A stretch of DNA of 64,000 nt from Clostridiaceae bacterium (lineage in GTDB: Bacteria; Bacillota; Clostridia; Oscillospirales; QAMX01), in contig JAYFRF010000009.1 of NCBI GenBank assembly GCA_034926225.1, positions 3,134-67,133 of the forward strand. The letters are read 5' to 3'. Shown here piece by piece: positions 25,363 through 33,641 of this stretch (the stretch's first letter is position 1; each line of letters opens with the position of its first letter). The notes under the pieces are model-generated. The model saw only the letters and a program-made list of their open reading frames with translations. It did not search any database and had not been told where the DNA came from. Made by a program: the position numbers and the translations under genes.

Positions 25363-27744
25363 CTAACCTTTCTGATAGAAATCGCATTCATAGCCGTCGG
25401 CGCGGAGGATAAGACCCGGAGCCCAGGGCGGTGTTCTGCCCATCTGTTCGCAGACCGCCTCAAGGGACATGATCCTGTCTGCTTCAATAATGATTTCATC
25501 GTGTACATGGACAACAATGTCACAGTAGCTCAGGGTCTTCATGGCGTGGCAGAGGATATCCCGGCTCGTAGCCTGAACGATATTTTCCACCAGCTTGGGG
25601 CCGTAGGTTACCAGCCGCTCCCACTTCTTCATGCCGCCGATACCCTCATAGGTGATAGCCTCGCCTCCGAAACGGTTCTCACCGATTCTTGGCTTCACAT
25701 AGGCGAGTCTTCTGCCGGACGGTAGTTTTATGAAAAGGAATCCACTCTCGTAGGAAAACTCGACACCGTAAGCGGATGTAGTGGACTTACCCTTGATAGC
25801 CGCTTTCGCCGCCCGGTCGACCGCCCACCAGAACTTGACGATATTGGGGTTAGCACTGCGCCATGAGTCCACGATAGGCTGAAGTTCTGACTCCTTGAGA
25901 CCCATCTCAAGAGCGCCCATGGCCTTGAGTGCGCCTACGGAGCCGCCGTAGCCGCAGTTGTGGACTAACTTGCCCGATACGGTAAAACGATGATGTGGTC
26001 CGACATTTCGTATGTCATAAAGTCGAGCCGTGTGCTTATTAGTTTCCAATTCTTTCGTTTCTCGAAGACTTTTGTTTCCGCATCCTGTATTACCCAACCG
26101 TATCGGGTTCCCACCATATCCGGTTTGTTTGAGATGTGCGCCGCAGGAGGTGGCGAATCCAAATCGTATCGGCTCCGGTTGCCCCTCAATCCAGACAAGG
26201 TGGTCTGGTGTAGCCGTAAGTCCCTCATAAGTAATCACCTCTCGTTCACCTTTATATATGATGCCATCGTGTTTAACCCAGTTTTCTCCATCCCACAGTT
26301 TCATATCTGTGGTAACATTTTCGATTCTTATTAAGCCATGGTTCGTTAATACAAGCTGCCCTTCAGCAATACAGGCTAATTCTGCGATCTTTCCCTTCTG
26401 TCTTAGTTCTCCGTTTACGCCGTGCTTGACCACGGGGACATGAAACATCTGCGAGGCGGTGGCGCAGTAAATATCTTCGCCCTTGGCGAAAGCGTCCGAT
26501 TTCCACTGTTCTTTTGCAAACCATGAGATGACCCTTGCCTCGATTGCCGAGAAGTCCGCCACGATAAACTTCCTGCCGTTCTGCGGCACGAAAGCAGTGC
26601 GGATAAGCTGAGACAGAGTATCCGGGATATCCTCATACAGCATTTCAAGAGCGCCATAATCTTCAGCACCGGCAAGGGCGCGGGCTTCGGCGAGGTCGGG
26701 GATATGGTTCTGAGGCAGATTTTGTAACTGGACCAGCCGCCCGGCGAATCGGCCCGTGCGCGAGGCTCCGAGGAACATGAACATTCCTCGGACACGGTTG
26801 TCGGCGCAGACGGCGTTTTTCATCGCCGTGTATTTCTTTACGGACGATTTCGCAAGCTGCTGGCGGAGCTGCAGCACCGGCACAAGTTCCTCCGGGGCGG
26901 TCTTCAGCCGTGCCGACACTTCTTTCTTGCCGAGGGTGTCTATCTCAAGTCCGTTATCGGCAAGCCAGCCCTTGACCTGCGCCACGCTGTTGGGGTTTTC
27001 CAGAGCGGTCATTTCCCGCATGGCTTCGGTCAGTGCGTCTGTTGACCTTGCATCCAAGGACAGACAGGCGGAAACGAAGGGCATATCTACGCCGATACCT
27101 CTGTCGTTTATTTCTTCGGACAGGTGGTACTCGTCCCACACGAAATCCAGCACGGGGAACTTGGAGAGTTTCTGCGTTATCTGCATCTCGACTTCTACAT
27201 CGCGGAGGTTGTAGGATTTGAAGAGTTCCCACTTTTCCGGGGCGTCGGAGGGCAGGTTTCTCGTCCTGCCGCCGTTTGCCTTTGTCGGTGCACATGGCTG
27301 GCAGAAGAATTTAACGAGTTCCTTGCCCTCGGTCAGCTTTTTCTTTTCAAGACCGAGTATTTCTCCAACATCCGCGAGGGAGAGCGGAAGGCCGAGATAA
27401 GCCGCCCATGTCATGGAGCAGCGCCAGGAGGACGGGTTCAAATAATTCCCAAGAGGATGACCCAGGTGGCGTGAGATACAGATGCGTTCAAACGCGCTGT
27501 TATGGCTCCACTTGAGAACGCCATCATCTTCTATTGCCGCCAGAACGTCGGCGGGTATCTGTTCGCCATGGGCAATATCGACCACTTGAACAGGTTCGTC
27601 ATCAACCGCATAGCTGAACAGAAGAATTCGAAAATCCGGGGACTCGGCATATTTGTAAAGGCCACATTTTTGCAGATCTACGCTGCTGAAAGTCTCAATG
27701 TCACAGGCCAGTTGTTTTATTTTACTCATCTTCTTTTCCTTCAT
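25363..27744 (-). CDS. Family A DNA polymerase with 3'-5' exonuclease domain, interrupted by a mini-intein
   Basis: Exo I is ACDIETFS, motif A is VADFSAIEARV, and motif B is split as RQKGKIAELA / CGYGGSVGAL. Confidence 0.9.
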   Translation of the reverse strand: MKEKKMSKIKQLACDIETFSSVDLQKCGLYKYAESPDFRILLFSYAVDDEPVQVVDIAHGEQIPADVLAAIEDDGVLKWSHNSAFERICISRHLGHPLGNYLNPSSWRCSMTWAAYLGLPLSLADVGEILGLEKKKLTEGKELVKFFCQPCAPTKANGGRTRNLPSDAPEKWELFKSYNLRDVEVEMQITQKLSKFPVLDFVWDEYHLSEEINDRGIGVDMPFVSACLSLDARSTDALTEAMREMTALENPNSVAQVKGWLADNGLEIDTLGKKEVSARLKTAPEELVPVLQLRQQLAKSSVKKYTAMKNAVCADNRVRGMFMFLGASRTGRFAGRLVQLQNLPQNHIPDLAEARALAGAEDYGALEMLYEDIPDTLSQLIRTAFVPQNGRKFIVADFSAIEARVISWFAKEQWKSDAFAKGEDIYCATASQMFHVPVVKHGVNGELRQKGKIAELACIAEGQLVLTNHGLIRIENVTTDMKLWDGENWVKHDGIIYKGEREVITYEGLTATPDHLVWIEGQPEPIRFGFATSCGAHLKQTGYGGNPIRLGNTGCGNKSLRETKELETNKHTARLYDIRNVGPHHRFTVSGKLVHNCGYGGSVGALKAMGALEMGLKESELQPIVDSWRSANPNIVKFWWAVDRAAKAAIKGKSTTSAYGVEFSYESGFLFIKLPSGRRLAYVKPRIGENRFGGEAITYEGIGGMKKWERLVTYGPKLVENIVQATSRDILCHAMKTLSYCDIVVHVHDEIIIEADRIMSLEAVCEQMGRTPPWAPGLILRADGYECDFYQKG
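25957..26373 (-). mobile_element. Mini-intein (139 aa, class 1: Cys1 ... His-Asn / Cys+1) in DNA polymerase motif B
   Basis: It covers residues 458-596. It starts CIAEGQLVLTNHG, has block B TATPDHLVW, and ends RFTVSGKLVHN, followed by CGYGG. No endonuclease domain is present, and the segment is locally AT-rich. Confidence 0.85.
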
Positions 27745-27844
27745 TAGAAAAGCGGCGGAGAAAGACCGTCTCCCTCCGCCGCCCGTTTTGATTACTGCTT
27801 TTCTTCGGCTATTGACTCAATATGCGTCATAGTGCTGCTCTCCC

Positions 27845-28417
27845 TTAACCCAGGAAGTCGTCGTCGGCATCGGACTTGTAGCCGTCGTTGAAATCGTCTT
27901 CTGCCTTGGCTTTACCTCCGAGGGATTCGCCGTCCTTGATTTTCTGGATGTTCTGAAGACCGCAGGCAACGCCTTTATTTCCATTAGAATTAAAAGCATA
28001 GAAACTGAGAGACACACGGGCATACACGCCGGAGTAAATTTCCGAGGTATCGAAGATGGGCTGACAGTGGACATCCACGACGCCGGGAGCATTAGTGCTG
28101 TTGGCGTTCACGAACCAGCAACCCTTGTACGCTTCATCGGCCGGGCGCTCGACATCTCCGTCGCGGAGGGGCGTTTTCAGAGTTGAGAGCGGAGGTACGG
28201 TTTTGCCGCTGCCGCGCAGTTTGCCCTGACCTTCCTCGTAGGCCGCCTGAATAGCGGCCTTAATTTTGGTCACGGTGACAGTGTCGGACTTAGGGATAAG
28301 TACGGAAGTGGAGAACTTCGGCGCTCCGCCGTTCACACTTTTGGCTTGCCATACGTTGGCATAGGAAAGACGGGCCAGGCCGGTTACAACTTTTGTGGGG
28401 TTAACAGAATTTGTCAT
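27845..28417 (-). CDS. DUF2815-family phage ssDNA-binding-like protein
   Basis: GLARLSYANVWQAKSVNGGAPKFSTSVLIPKSD... with an acidic C-terminal tail DADDDFLG. The start was refined to the ATG at 28417, after AAGGAG. Confidence 0.7.
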   Translation of the reverse strand: MTNSVNPTKVVTGLARLSYANVWQAKSVNGGAPKFSTSVLIPKSDTVTVTKIKAAIQAAYEEGQGKLRGSGKTVPPLSTLKTPLRDGDVERPADEAYKGCWFVNANSTNAPGVVDVHCQPIFDTSEIYSGVYARVSLSFYAFNSNGNKGVACGLQNIQKIKDGESLGGKAKAEDDFNDGYKSDADDDFLG

Positions 28418-28430
28418 GATAATAATCTCC

Positions 28431-29534
28431 TTAATTTTCATTTGGGTCGGCGAAGTCATCCGCCGCCGTGTTTAGTTCGTTACGCTTGTCCGATGCCGGA
28501 ACAAGCACGGGTTTGCCTTCGGGCTTGCAGGTCAGCCCGCCGAGGAGCTCATCAAACTTCTTCCTGCCGAGAAGCGAAGTCATAGCCGTTATGCCGAGCA
28601 GCTTGTGTTCATAGGGGTCGTACCCCGCGTCCTTGACCGCGGCTGCAGCGGCATCATCATCTGTGTACTTGCGGTTGCTTCTGCCGGCCACAACCTTCCA
28701 GCCGTCATACTTCGTGCCGGAAAGTGCCTGGGCAAGAGCGTAGTCCTTGACGTCCGACGCCCAGGAAACCAGTTCGTCGATTTTACCGAGGATGTCCGCA
28801 ACCTCGCAGATTTGCAGTAGAGCGGGGTCTGTGAAGTCATAGGCGGCAAGCGCCATATTTGCTTCGGCTCTGGCTCTGCATTCCGCTTTCGCCTTGCAGA
28901 ACCGGCAGTGGTCGCCAGCCTTATAGCTGCCTTTGCCGTCCCATGCGAGTTTCGCTGCCGGGACAAGCACGGTTTCCGCCCATTCGGTGAGAGCCTCTGC
29001 GGTCGTCTCCCAGGTCTGCACATTGCCGAGCCTTGGCTGATAGATACTCATCCGCACGGTATCGAACCGATAGAGGAAGTCGAACATCCGCATGGCACCG
29101 AGGGCGTAGATGCGAAGCTGGTCATTTTCTTCCGCATCGACCTTTACGCCGCGTCCGCTTTTCAGATCGATGATGTGCAGGACGCCGTCTGACACGATAA
29201 GTGCGTCGCAGGTGCCAAAGCACTCCGGGACATAGCGGGAGCAGTCCACGCGCTGCTCAACAAATACAGCCGGGTTTTTGAGTCCTTCCGACTGCTCCAT
29301 TACGAAGTCGGTGTAATCGGATGTGTACTCATCCATCTCCGCGTCATCGCAAGTAGGAGCGTTTTCGGCTCGTCCGAGTCGGTGGTTGAGTTTCTCCTCC
29401 GCCATGCTGTGGGCAATGGTGCCTTCCGCCGCGTAGCTTGACACGGTGTCTGCGAGGAACTCCGTGAGCCGTGCCGACGGTGGACACGCAATCCACCTGT
29501 GGCTTGCCGAGGGAGAGAGGAGTGCGTGGCTCAT
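28431..29534 (-). CDS. DUF2800-family PD-(D/E)XK nuclease (Cas4/RecB-like)
   Basis: The N-terminus LLSPSASHRWIACPPSARL and the C-terminal Cys cluster CRFCKAKAEC are typical of DUF2800. Confidence 0.75.
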   Translation of the reverse strand: MSHALLSPSASHRWIACPPSARLTEFLADTVSSYAAEGTIAHSMAEEKLNHRLGRAENAPTCDDAEMDEYTSDYTDFVMEQSEGLKNPAVFVEQRVDCSRYVPECFGTCDALIVSDGVLHIIDLKSGRGVKVDAEENDQLRIYALGAMRMFDFLYRFDTVRMSIYQPRLGNVQTWETTAEALTEWAETVLVPAAKLAWDGKGSYKAGDHCRFCKAKAECRARAEANMALAAYDFTDPALLQICEVADILGKIDELVSWASDVKDYALAQALSGTKYDGWKVVAGRSNRKYTDDDAAAAAVKDAGYDPYEHKLLGITAMTSLLGRKKFDELLGGLTCKPEGKPVLVPASDKRNELNTAADDFADPNEN

Positions 29535-29857
29535 AACAGCGCCCTCGCTTCCTCCATGAGCTCTTCATAGAACTCACTTTCAACCTCGGACAGCTTTTCA
29601 CAGCCGCGGCTTTCAAGCAGCTTCTTTACCTCCGCCGTTTTTCCGCCGCGGGATACCTCCGCCAGCAGAGCGCGGACTTCGGCAAGCTCCGGGGCCGTCT
29701 TCTGAGGTGCTTTGGGAGAGGGACTGCCAACCTCGTATGCCTTGAGCGCCGTACTCAGCTTAGTCACGCTGCCAGCCAGCGAGGTGAGTTCTGCGATTAC
29801 ACGCGCCAGGGTTTCCGCGATGTTGACCAGTTCGTTCCCGATTTCGGTGATTGTCAT
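29531..29857 (-). CDS. Hypothetical coiled-coil protein
   Basis: A 108-aa ORF with RBS GGAGGTA plus 6 nt. Confidence 0.5.
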   Translation of the reverse strand: MTITEIGNELVNIAETLARVIAELTSLAGSVTKLSTALKAYEVGSPSPKAPQKTAPELAEVRALLAEVSRGGKTAEVKKLLESRGCEKLSEVESEFYEELMEEARALL

Positions 29858-29895
29858 TCGGTTTACCTCCGTTTCTTATTTGTGAGAGGTCTTGT

Positions 29896-29939
29896 CCCTC
29901 TCCACCTCGTACAGGACAGGCGGAGAGGGAAACCGTACC
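29896..29939 (-). repeat. 44-nt conserved intergenic element, copy B
   Basis: ccctctcc-acctcgtacaggacaggc-ggagaggg-aaaccgtacc. It ends exactly 38 nt before the ATG at 29857. Confidence 0.8.
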
Positions 29940-29951
29940 GAAACGCAGAAA

Positions 29952-30524
29952 TTATTCGAAATAGTTTTTGAGAGCGTAATTTTCACGGAGAGTCTGTGCG
30001 AGTTTCTTCACGCGCTTGCGGATAGCGCCCTCGCTCAGACCGCATTCCTCCGCAATCTTTGCCTTGGTCTTGTCGCTCAGAAGCTCGTCCCATAGATACC
30101 GCTCCTCCGGGGTAAGGGCGTCAACAGCAATGCGAATGGATGTGATGGTTTCCTTTTTTATAAGGAATTCAACTGGACCGTCCGCGTCGTCCGGGATATC
30201 AAAGCCACTTTCCTCGCCGTCCTCGGAGCGGGACATAGGCTTATCAATTTCGAGGTTGCCGTGCTTGGCGGCTCTCACCGTCCAGCGTTCCTGGCGCTTG
30301 AGGTCGGCGGCGTTTGCCTTGTGGGTATCGTCACCCATCGTGTTTCTGGGTAGCCGAATTGCCATCTCGCGGTCGGGACTGTAATACCAGCGTTGAACGA
30401 AGGGGTTGTCCGCTGTGGGCGTTTCTGCTGGGGCGAAGCACTCTTGTCGGGTGCATTCGACTGTTTCTCCGCTTGGGCGCATACGGTAATAGTGGCGGTA
30501 GTGGAACTGTTGGTAGTTTTTCAT
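29952..30524 (-). CDS. Sigma-70-like / HTH transcriptional regulator (phage early)
   Basis: The C-terminus LTPEERYLWDELLSDKTKAKIAEECGLSEGAIRKRVKKLAQTLRE is region-4-like. The start was refined to the ATG at 30524, after CAGGAGGAAACACC. Confidence 0.65.
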   Translation of the reverse strand: MKNYQQFHYRHYYRMRPSGETVECTRQECFAPAETPTADNPFVQRWYYSPDREMAIRLPRNTMGDDTHKANAADLKRQERWTVRAAKHGNLEIDKPMSRSEDGEESGFDIPDDADGPVEFLIKKETITSIRIAVDALTPEERYLWDELLSDKTKAKIAEECGLSEGAIRKRVKKLAQTLRENYALKNYFE

Positions 30525-30565
30525 GGTGTTTCCTCCTGTGATTCGCCGGGGCTTCAGCGGCGGAG

Positions 30566-30604
30566 GAAACAAATAAAGGGTCTGCATCCGATGGACACAG
30601 ACCC
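30566..30604 (-). terminator. Rho-independent terminator oriented on the minus strand, upstream of the sigma-like gene
   Basis: In minus-strand reading: GGGTCTG, a 13-nt loop, CAGACCC, followed by TTTATTTGTTT. Confidence 0.55.
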
Positions 30605-31047
30605 CGTTTCGCCGAAAATGAGCGCACGAAACTAAGGTGGTGGCACATCGGAGCTCCGGGAGCGGTCTTTATCACCGTTCCGAGAACCTCTATGTAACCT
30701 CCACCGCTTCATGGCCACTCAGCAGTGTGATATATTTTCTGAGCCGTATAATCCGCGGCTCCTGCGGACAGTTAAGCTTTTTTGAGCGAGCCTCTTGTAA
30801 AATCTCAAATAGTAATGTATAATTAAGTGTGATTTAGTGGTAACAAGTCGAAGTAAGTAAAGTTCTGCTTGGGTTCAATGTTGCGTGAGGAATGCTCAAA
30901 TGGCTTGTCCAGCCTTACAAGCTGATTATAGATAATTTAAGTTCCACCTTCACCGACTGGGGTTGGGACTTCGTTCGGACGAATTAGGACATTATTCAGA
31001 CAATTCGGACCGATGCATAAATCGGAGGACATGAGAGGGATGCAGGA

Positions 31048-33381
31048 ATGAAATACACGGATTATTTCTCAAATTTCTATATGGGCAGAAGCTCCGGTGG
31101 CATCCTTGGGCACAAGTCCAAAGAAAAGATTCCAGAATACTTTTTCAATGCCGCGTTACCTGAAGATCACTATGAACTTTTGCCAACTTCGAACAGCACA
31201 TACGGAAAATGGTTTGATGGGACACGAAAACCAGAAGGCGTTATTTGGGGAACAGTTGTTTCGCATTTTGACGAAGATGGTTTTATTGACGAGACCTCGA
31301 AAAAGCTGAATGACAGTGTGTTAAGGGACATCATGCATCGCTTTGGCATTGAATTACAAACAGGAGAAAATCCTGATAAACACCTCTTTGCGTTTTCGCT
31401 GGCTAAACTGTTTTATGCAATCGCTCAAGGAAATGGAGAGACCACAGACGAAGCAAAGAATTATTACAAGCCAGAAGCACATATCATTTCTTTTCATCAG
31501 TACGTTGCACGGACAATAGCTAAATACGAGAAAATAAAAACGCCCTTCTCGGAAGGAGAAGAGCGTTTGATAGACGATATATATGTTTGCAATAAATTGA
31601 GTAGCCGGCTCTCAGCTACAAGGAACCGGCACCGCGGAACTCAAGAAAAAATTATTCTTAATGCGACTCTCGACTTGATTGAAGAATATTCAAAGAAAGT
31701 CATCCTTGTTGCAAATGGCGGAATGGGAAAAACGATGCTGCTTCAGCATCTGCTTCTTGAATCAGTCCGTAAGCACACACAAACGGGTCTGCTTCCAATC
31801 ATAATCGAACTCCGCGACTTTAGCGAGGGCAATGATCTGTTGAATGATTACATAATAAAGACAGCAAGTGTTTATGATGAAAACTTGACCAGCAAAAAAG
31901 TCGAAGAGTTGATGATATCAGGCAAATGCCAAATTCTTATGGATGGCGCTGATGAGATTGATCCTTCCGATGAAAAAGCATTTCAGCGGAAAATAGCTGA
32001 ACTTATCGATAGATACCCATACAATCAGTATGTCTTGGCCTCTAGGGAATGTGGGTTATTAAAAGGCATCACTGGTTTCTCACGGATGTATCTTCACCCC
32101 TTCAGCAGGGAGCAGTCAACTACACTAATTGATAACCTCTTAAAGGGTTGTGACGACGAAGCCATTATCGAAAGTATAAAAAATTACACGGAGGGCGATT
32201 TTCTCCAAAGGCACAAGGTGTTTGCTTCAAATCCCATGCTACTGACCTTTGTTATTATGAAGTATCCTATTGTGGAATCCTTTGATGGAAAAAAGAGACT
32301 ATTTTATAGAGCTGTATATGATGCAATCGTATATGGACACGATGAGGAAAAGGAAGGTTATTCTAGAGTATTTAGAAGTGCTCAAAATGCTGATGAATTT
32401 ACAAAGGTATTTGCCGAACTATGTGCCACCACATATATGAAGCACGAAGCAGAGTTTGATCTTGACACATTTGATGAGTACTTTAACAACCTGGCCACGA
32501 AGAATAGTATTGAAAACCCCAAAGCCATGACCAGTAAAAGCTTTATACACGATGCCTGTGCAACAGCGTGCATGATGTACGAGCAAGAGACGAAGCTCTT
32601 ATATATCGACCCAGGTTTTCAGGAGTATTTGTTTGCCAAGTACTATTTTTCAGCAGCACCCGAGGAATTGATTGCCCTTGGACAAAGCCTTTGGGATATT
32701 GCAGAAACAGAGTTTGAAGGACTCGACGCTTTTGAAATGTTAAATGAGTTTTCCCCTGAGAAATATGAACGGTATTTTCTCAAGCCGTTTTTGGAGAATG
32801 TTTTTCAGGGAAAGGATGAAGCCAAATATTTCATAACATTTTTGCGATATGGGTACCGAGATCTGGAATATCAAATGATTGATCTTGATTGTGTCGCAGC
32901 GTATGCAACGAAAGAAAAGTCCGAATGGGCTTCACCAAAGCCCGCCGTTACGGAACCATCTAGCCTCGTTTTTTCGATGTTACTACGAAAGCTGGGCACT
33001 CCCTGTCTATTGTGCTTGACCATTTTCGAGAAAGCACTTGATTATTCCGAGTTTATGACTGCCGGGATATATGGGGAACTTTATTTCGACCCGGCTGACA
33101 GTAAAAATAAAATTGTCCCTCGCAGATTGTTGCATCAAGAAACTCAAGATTTACAAGCTTACGAGAGAACACACGCAGTCGAAAACCATGTCCGTGATGA
33201 TGCAAAGCAGCTTGTATGTTTTGGACGCGAATATAAGGTTGATTTTAATAAGGTTCTGGAAACACCTGAGAACTACACCGATTTAATCAATGTTCTGAAA
33301 ACGCCAGAAGAAGATGTGTGGAAAACCTTTTGCAAGGTAAAAGAATACTATGAGGGTTTGGTAACAAGATATGGCACTTAA
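31048..33381 (+). CDS. NACHT-type STAND NTPase (NLR-like), flanking domains unassigned
   Basis: Walker A is VILVANGGMGKTMLL (nt 31717-31734) and Walker B is QILMDGADEID (31933-31956). These are followed by YVLASRE, LHPFSREQ and ASNPMLLTFV, which match the NACHT motif order. Confidence 0.8.
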   Translation: MKYTDYFSNFYMGRSSGGILGHKSKEKIPEYFFNAALPEDHYELLPTSNSTYGKWFDGTRKPEGVIWGTVVSHFDEDGFIDETSKKLNDSVLRDIMHRFGIELQTGENPDKHLFAFSLAKLFYAIAQGNGETTDEAKNYYKPEAHIISFHQYVARTIAKYEKIKTPFSEGEERLIDDIYVCNKLSSRLSATRNRHRGTQEKIILNATLDLIEEYSKKVILVANGGMGKTMLLQHLLLESVRKHTQTGLLPIIIELRDFSEGNDLLNDYIIKTASVYDENLTSKKVEELMISGKCQILMDGADEIDPSDEKAFQRKIAELIDRYPYNQYVLASRECGLLKGITGFSRMYLHPFSREQSTTLIDNLLKGCDDEAIIESIKNYTEGDFLQRHKVFASNPMLLTFVIMKYPIVESFDGKKRLFYRAVYDAIVYGHDEEKEGYSRVFRSAQNADEFTKVFAELCATTYMKHEAEFDLDTFDEYFNNLATKNSIENPKAMTSKSFIHDACATACMMYEQETKLLYIDPGFQEYLFAKYYFSAAPEELIALGQSLWDIAETEFEGLDAFEMLNEFSPEKYERYFLKPFLENVFQGKDEAKYFITFLRYGYRDLEYQMIDLDCVAAYATKEKSEWASPKPAVTEPSSLVFSMLLRKLGTPCLLCLTIFEKALDYSEFMTAGIYGELYFDPADSKNKIVPRRLLHQETQDLQAYERTHAVENHVRDDAKQLVCFGREYKVDFNKVLETPENYTDLINVLKTPEEDVWKTFCKVKEYYEGLVTRYGT

Positions 33382-33401
33382 TTCATTGGAAGGGAGTTTT
33401 A

Positions 33402-33641
33402 TTGGACATGAAAGATAGTAAAGTAAATGCTGTAGAACATTGGCTTAGCCTCGAGGAAATTTCAAAGCACGTTGGCTGCAGCAAGGACACCATCCGGTCC
33501 TGGGTCAAAAAGGATACCATTCCCTTCCATAAAGTTGGAAGGCTGTACAAATTTAGAGTATCCGAAGTGGACGCTTGGATTGAAAGCGGCGCAAGCGCAG
33601 ATGCAGATAAAAACAATTCGGAGGTAAAAGACAATGGCTGA
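33402..33641 (+). CDS. Excisionase/MerR-type helix-turn-helix DNA-binding protein
   Basis: WLSLEEISKHVGCSKDTIRSWVKKDTIPFHKVGRLYKFRVSEVDAWI. Its 3' end overlaps the hsdM start by 8 nt (ATGGCTGA). Confidence 0.8.
   Translation: MDMKDSKVNAVEHWLSLEEISKHVGCSKDTIRSWVKKDTIPFHKVGRLYKFRVSEVDAWIESGASADADKNNSEVKDNG

Larger units (their letters stand above)
1..30800 (-). mobile_element. Phage/prophage region (siphovirus-like, HK97-type head module), truncated by the window start; right boundary approximate
   Basis: Contiguous minus-strand early, replication, packaging, head and tail genes. The composition change near 30.8 kb was judged by eye. No integrase or att site lies inside the window. Confidence 0.85.

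Noticed and set aside
1-30800. Wholesale TAG (amber) reassignment in the phage (genetic code 15-like).
   Set aside because: Only one TAG clearly interrupts a conserved domain. Standard-code gene calls already give dense, full-length homologous proteins, and TAG also plausibly terminates the head-fibre-like protein, the polymerase and the GT product. I kept the in-frame pattern as a low-interest finding only.
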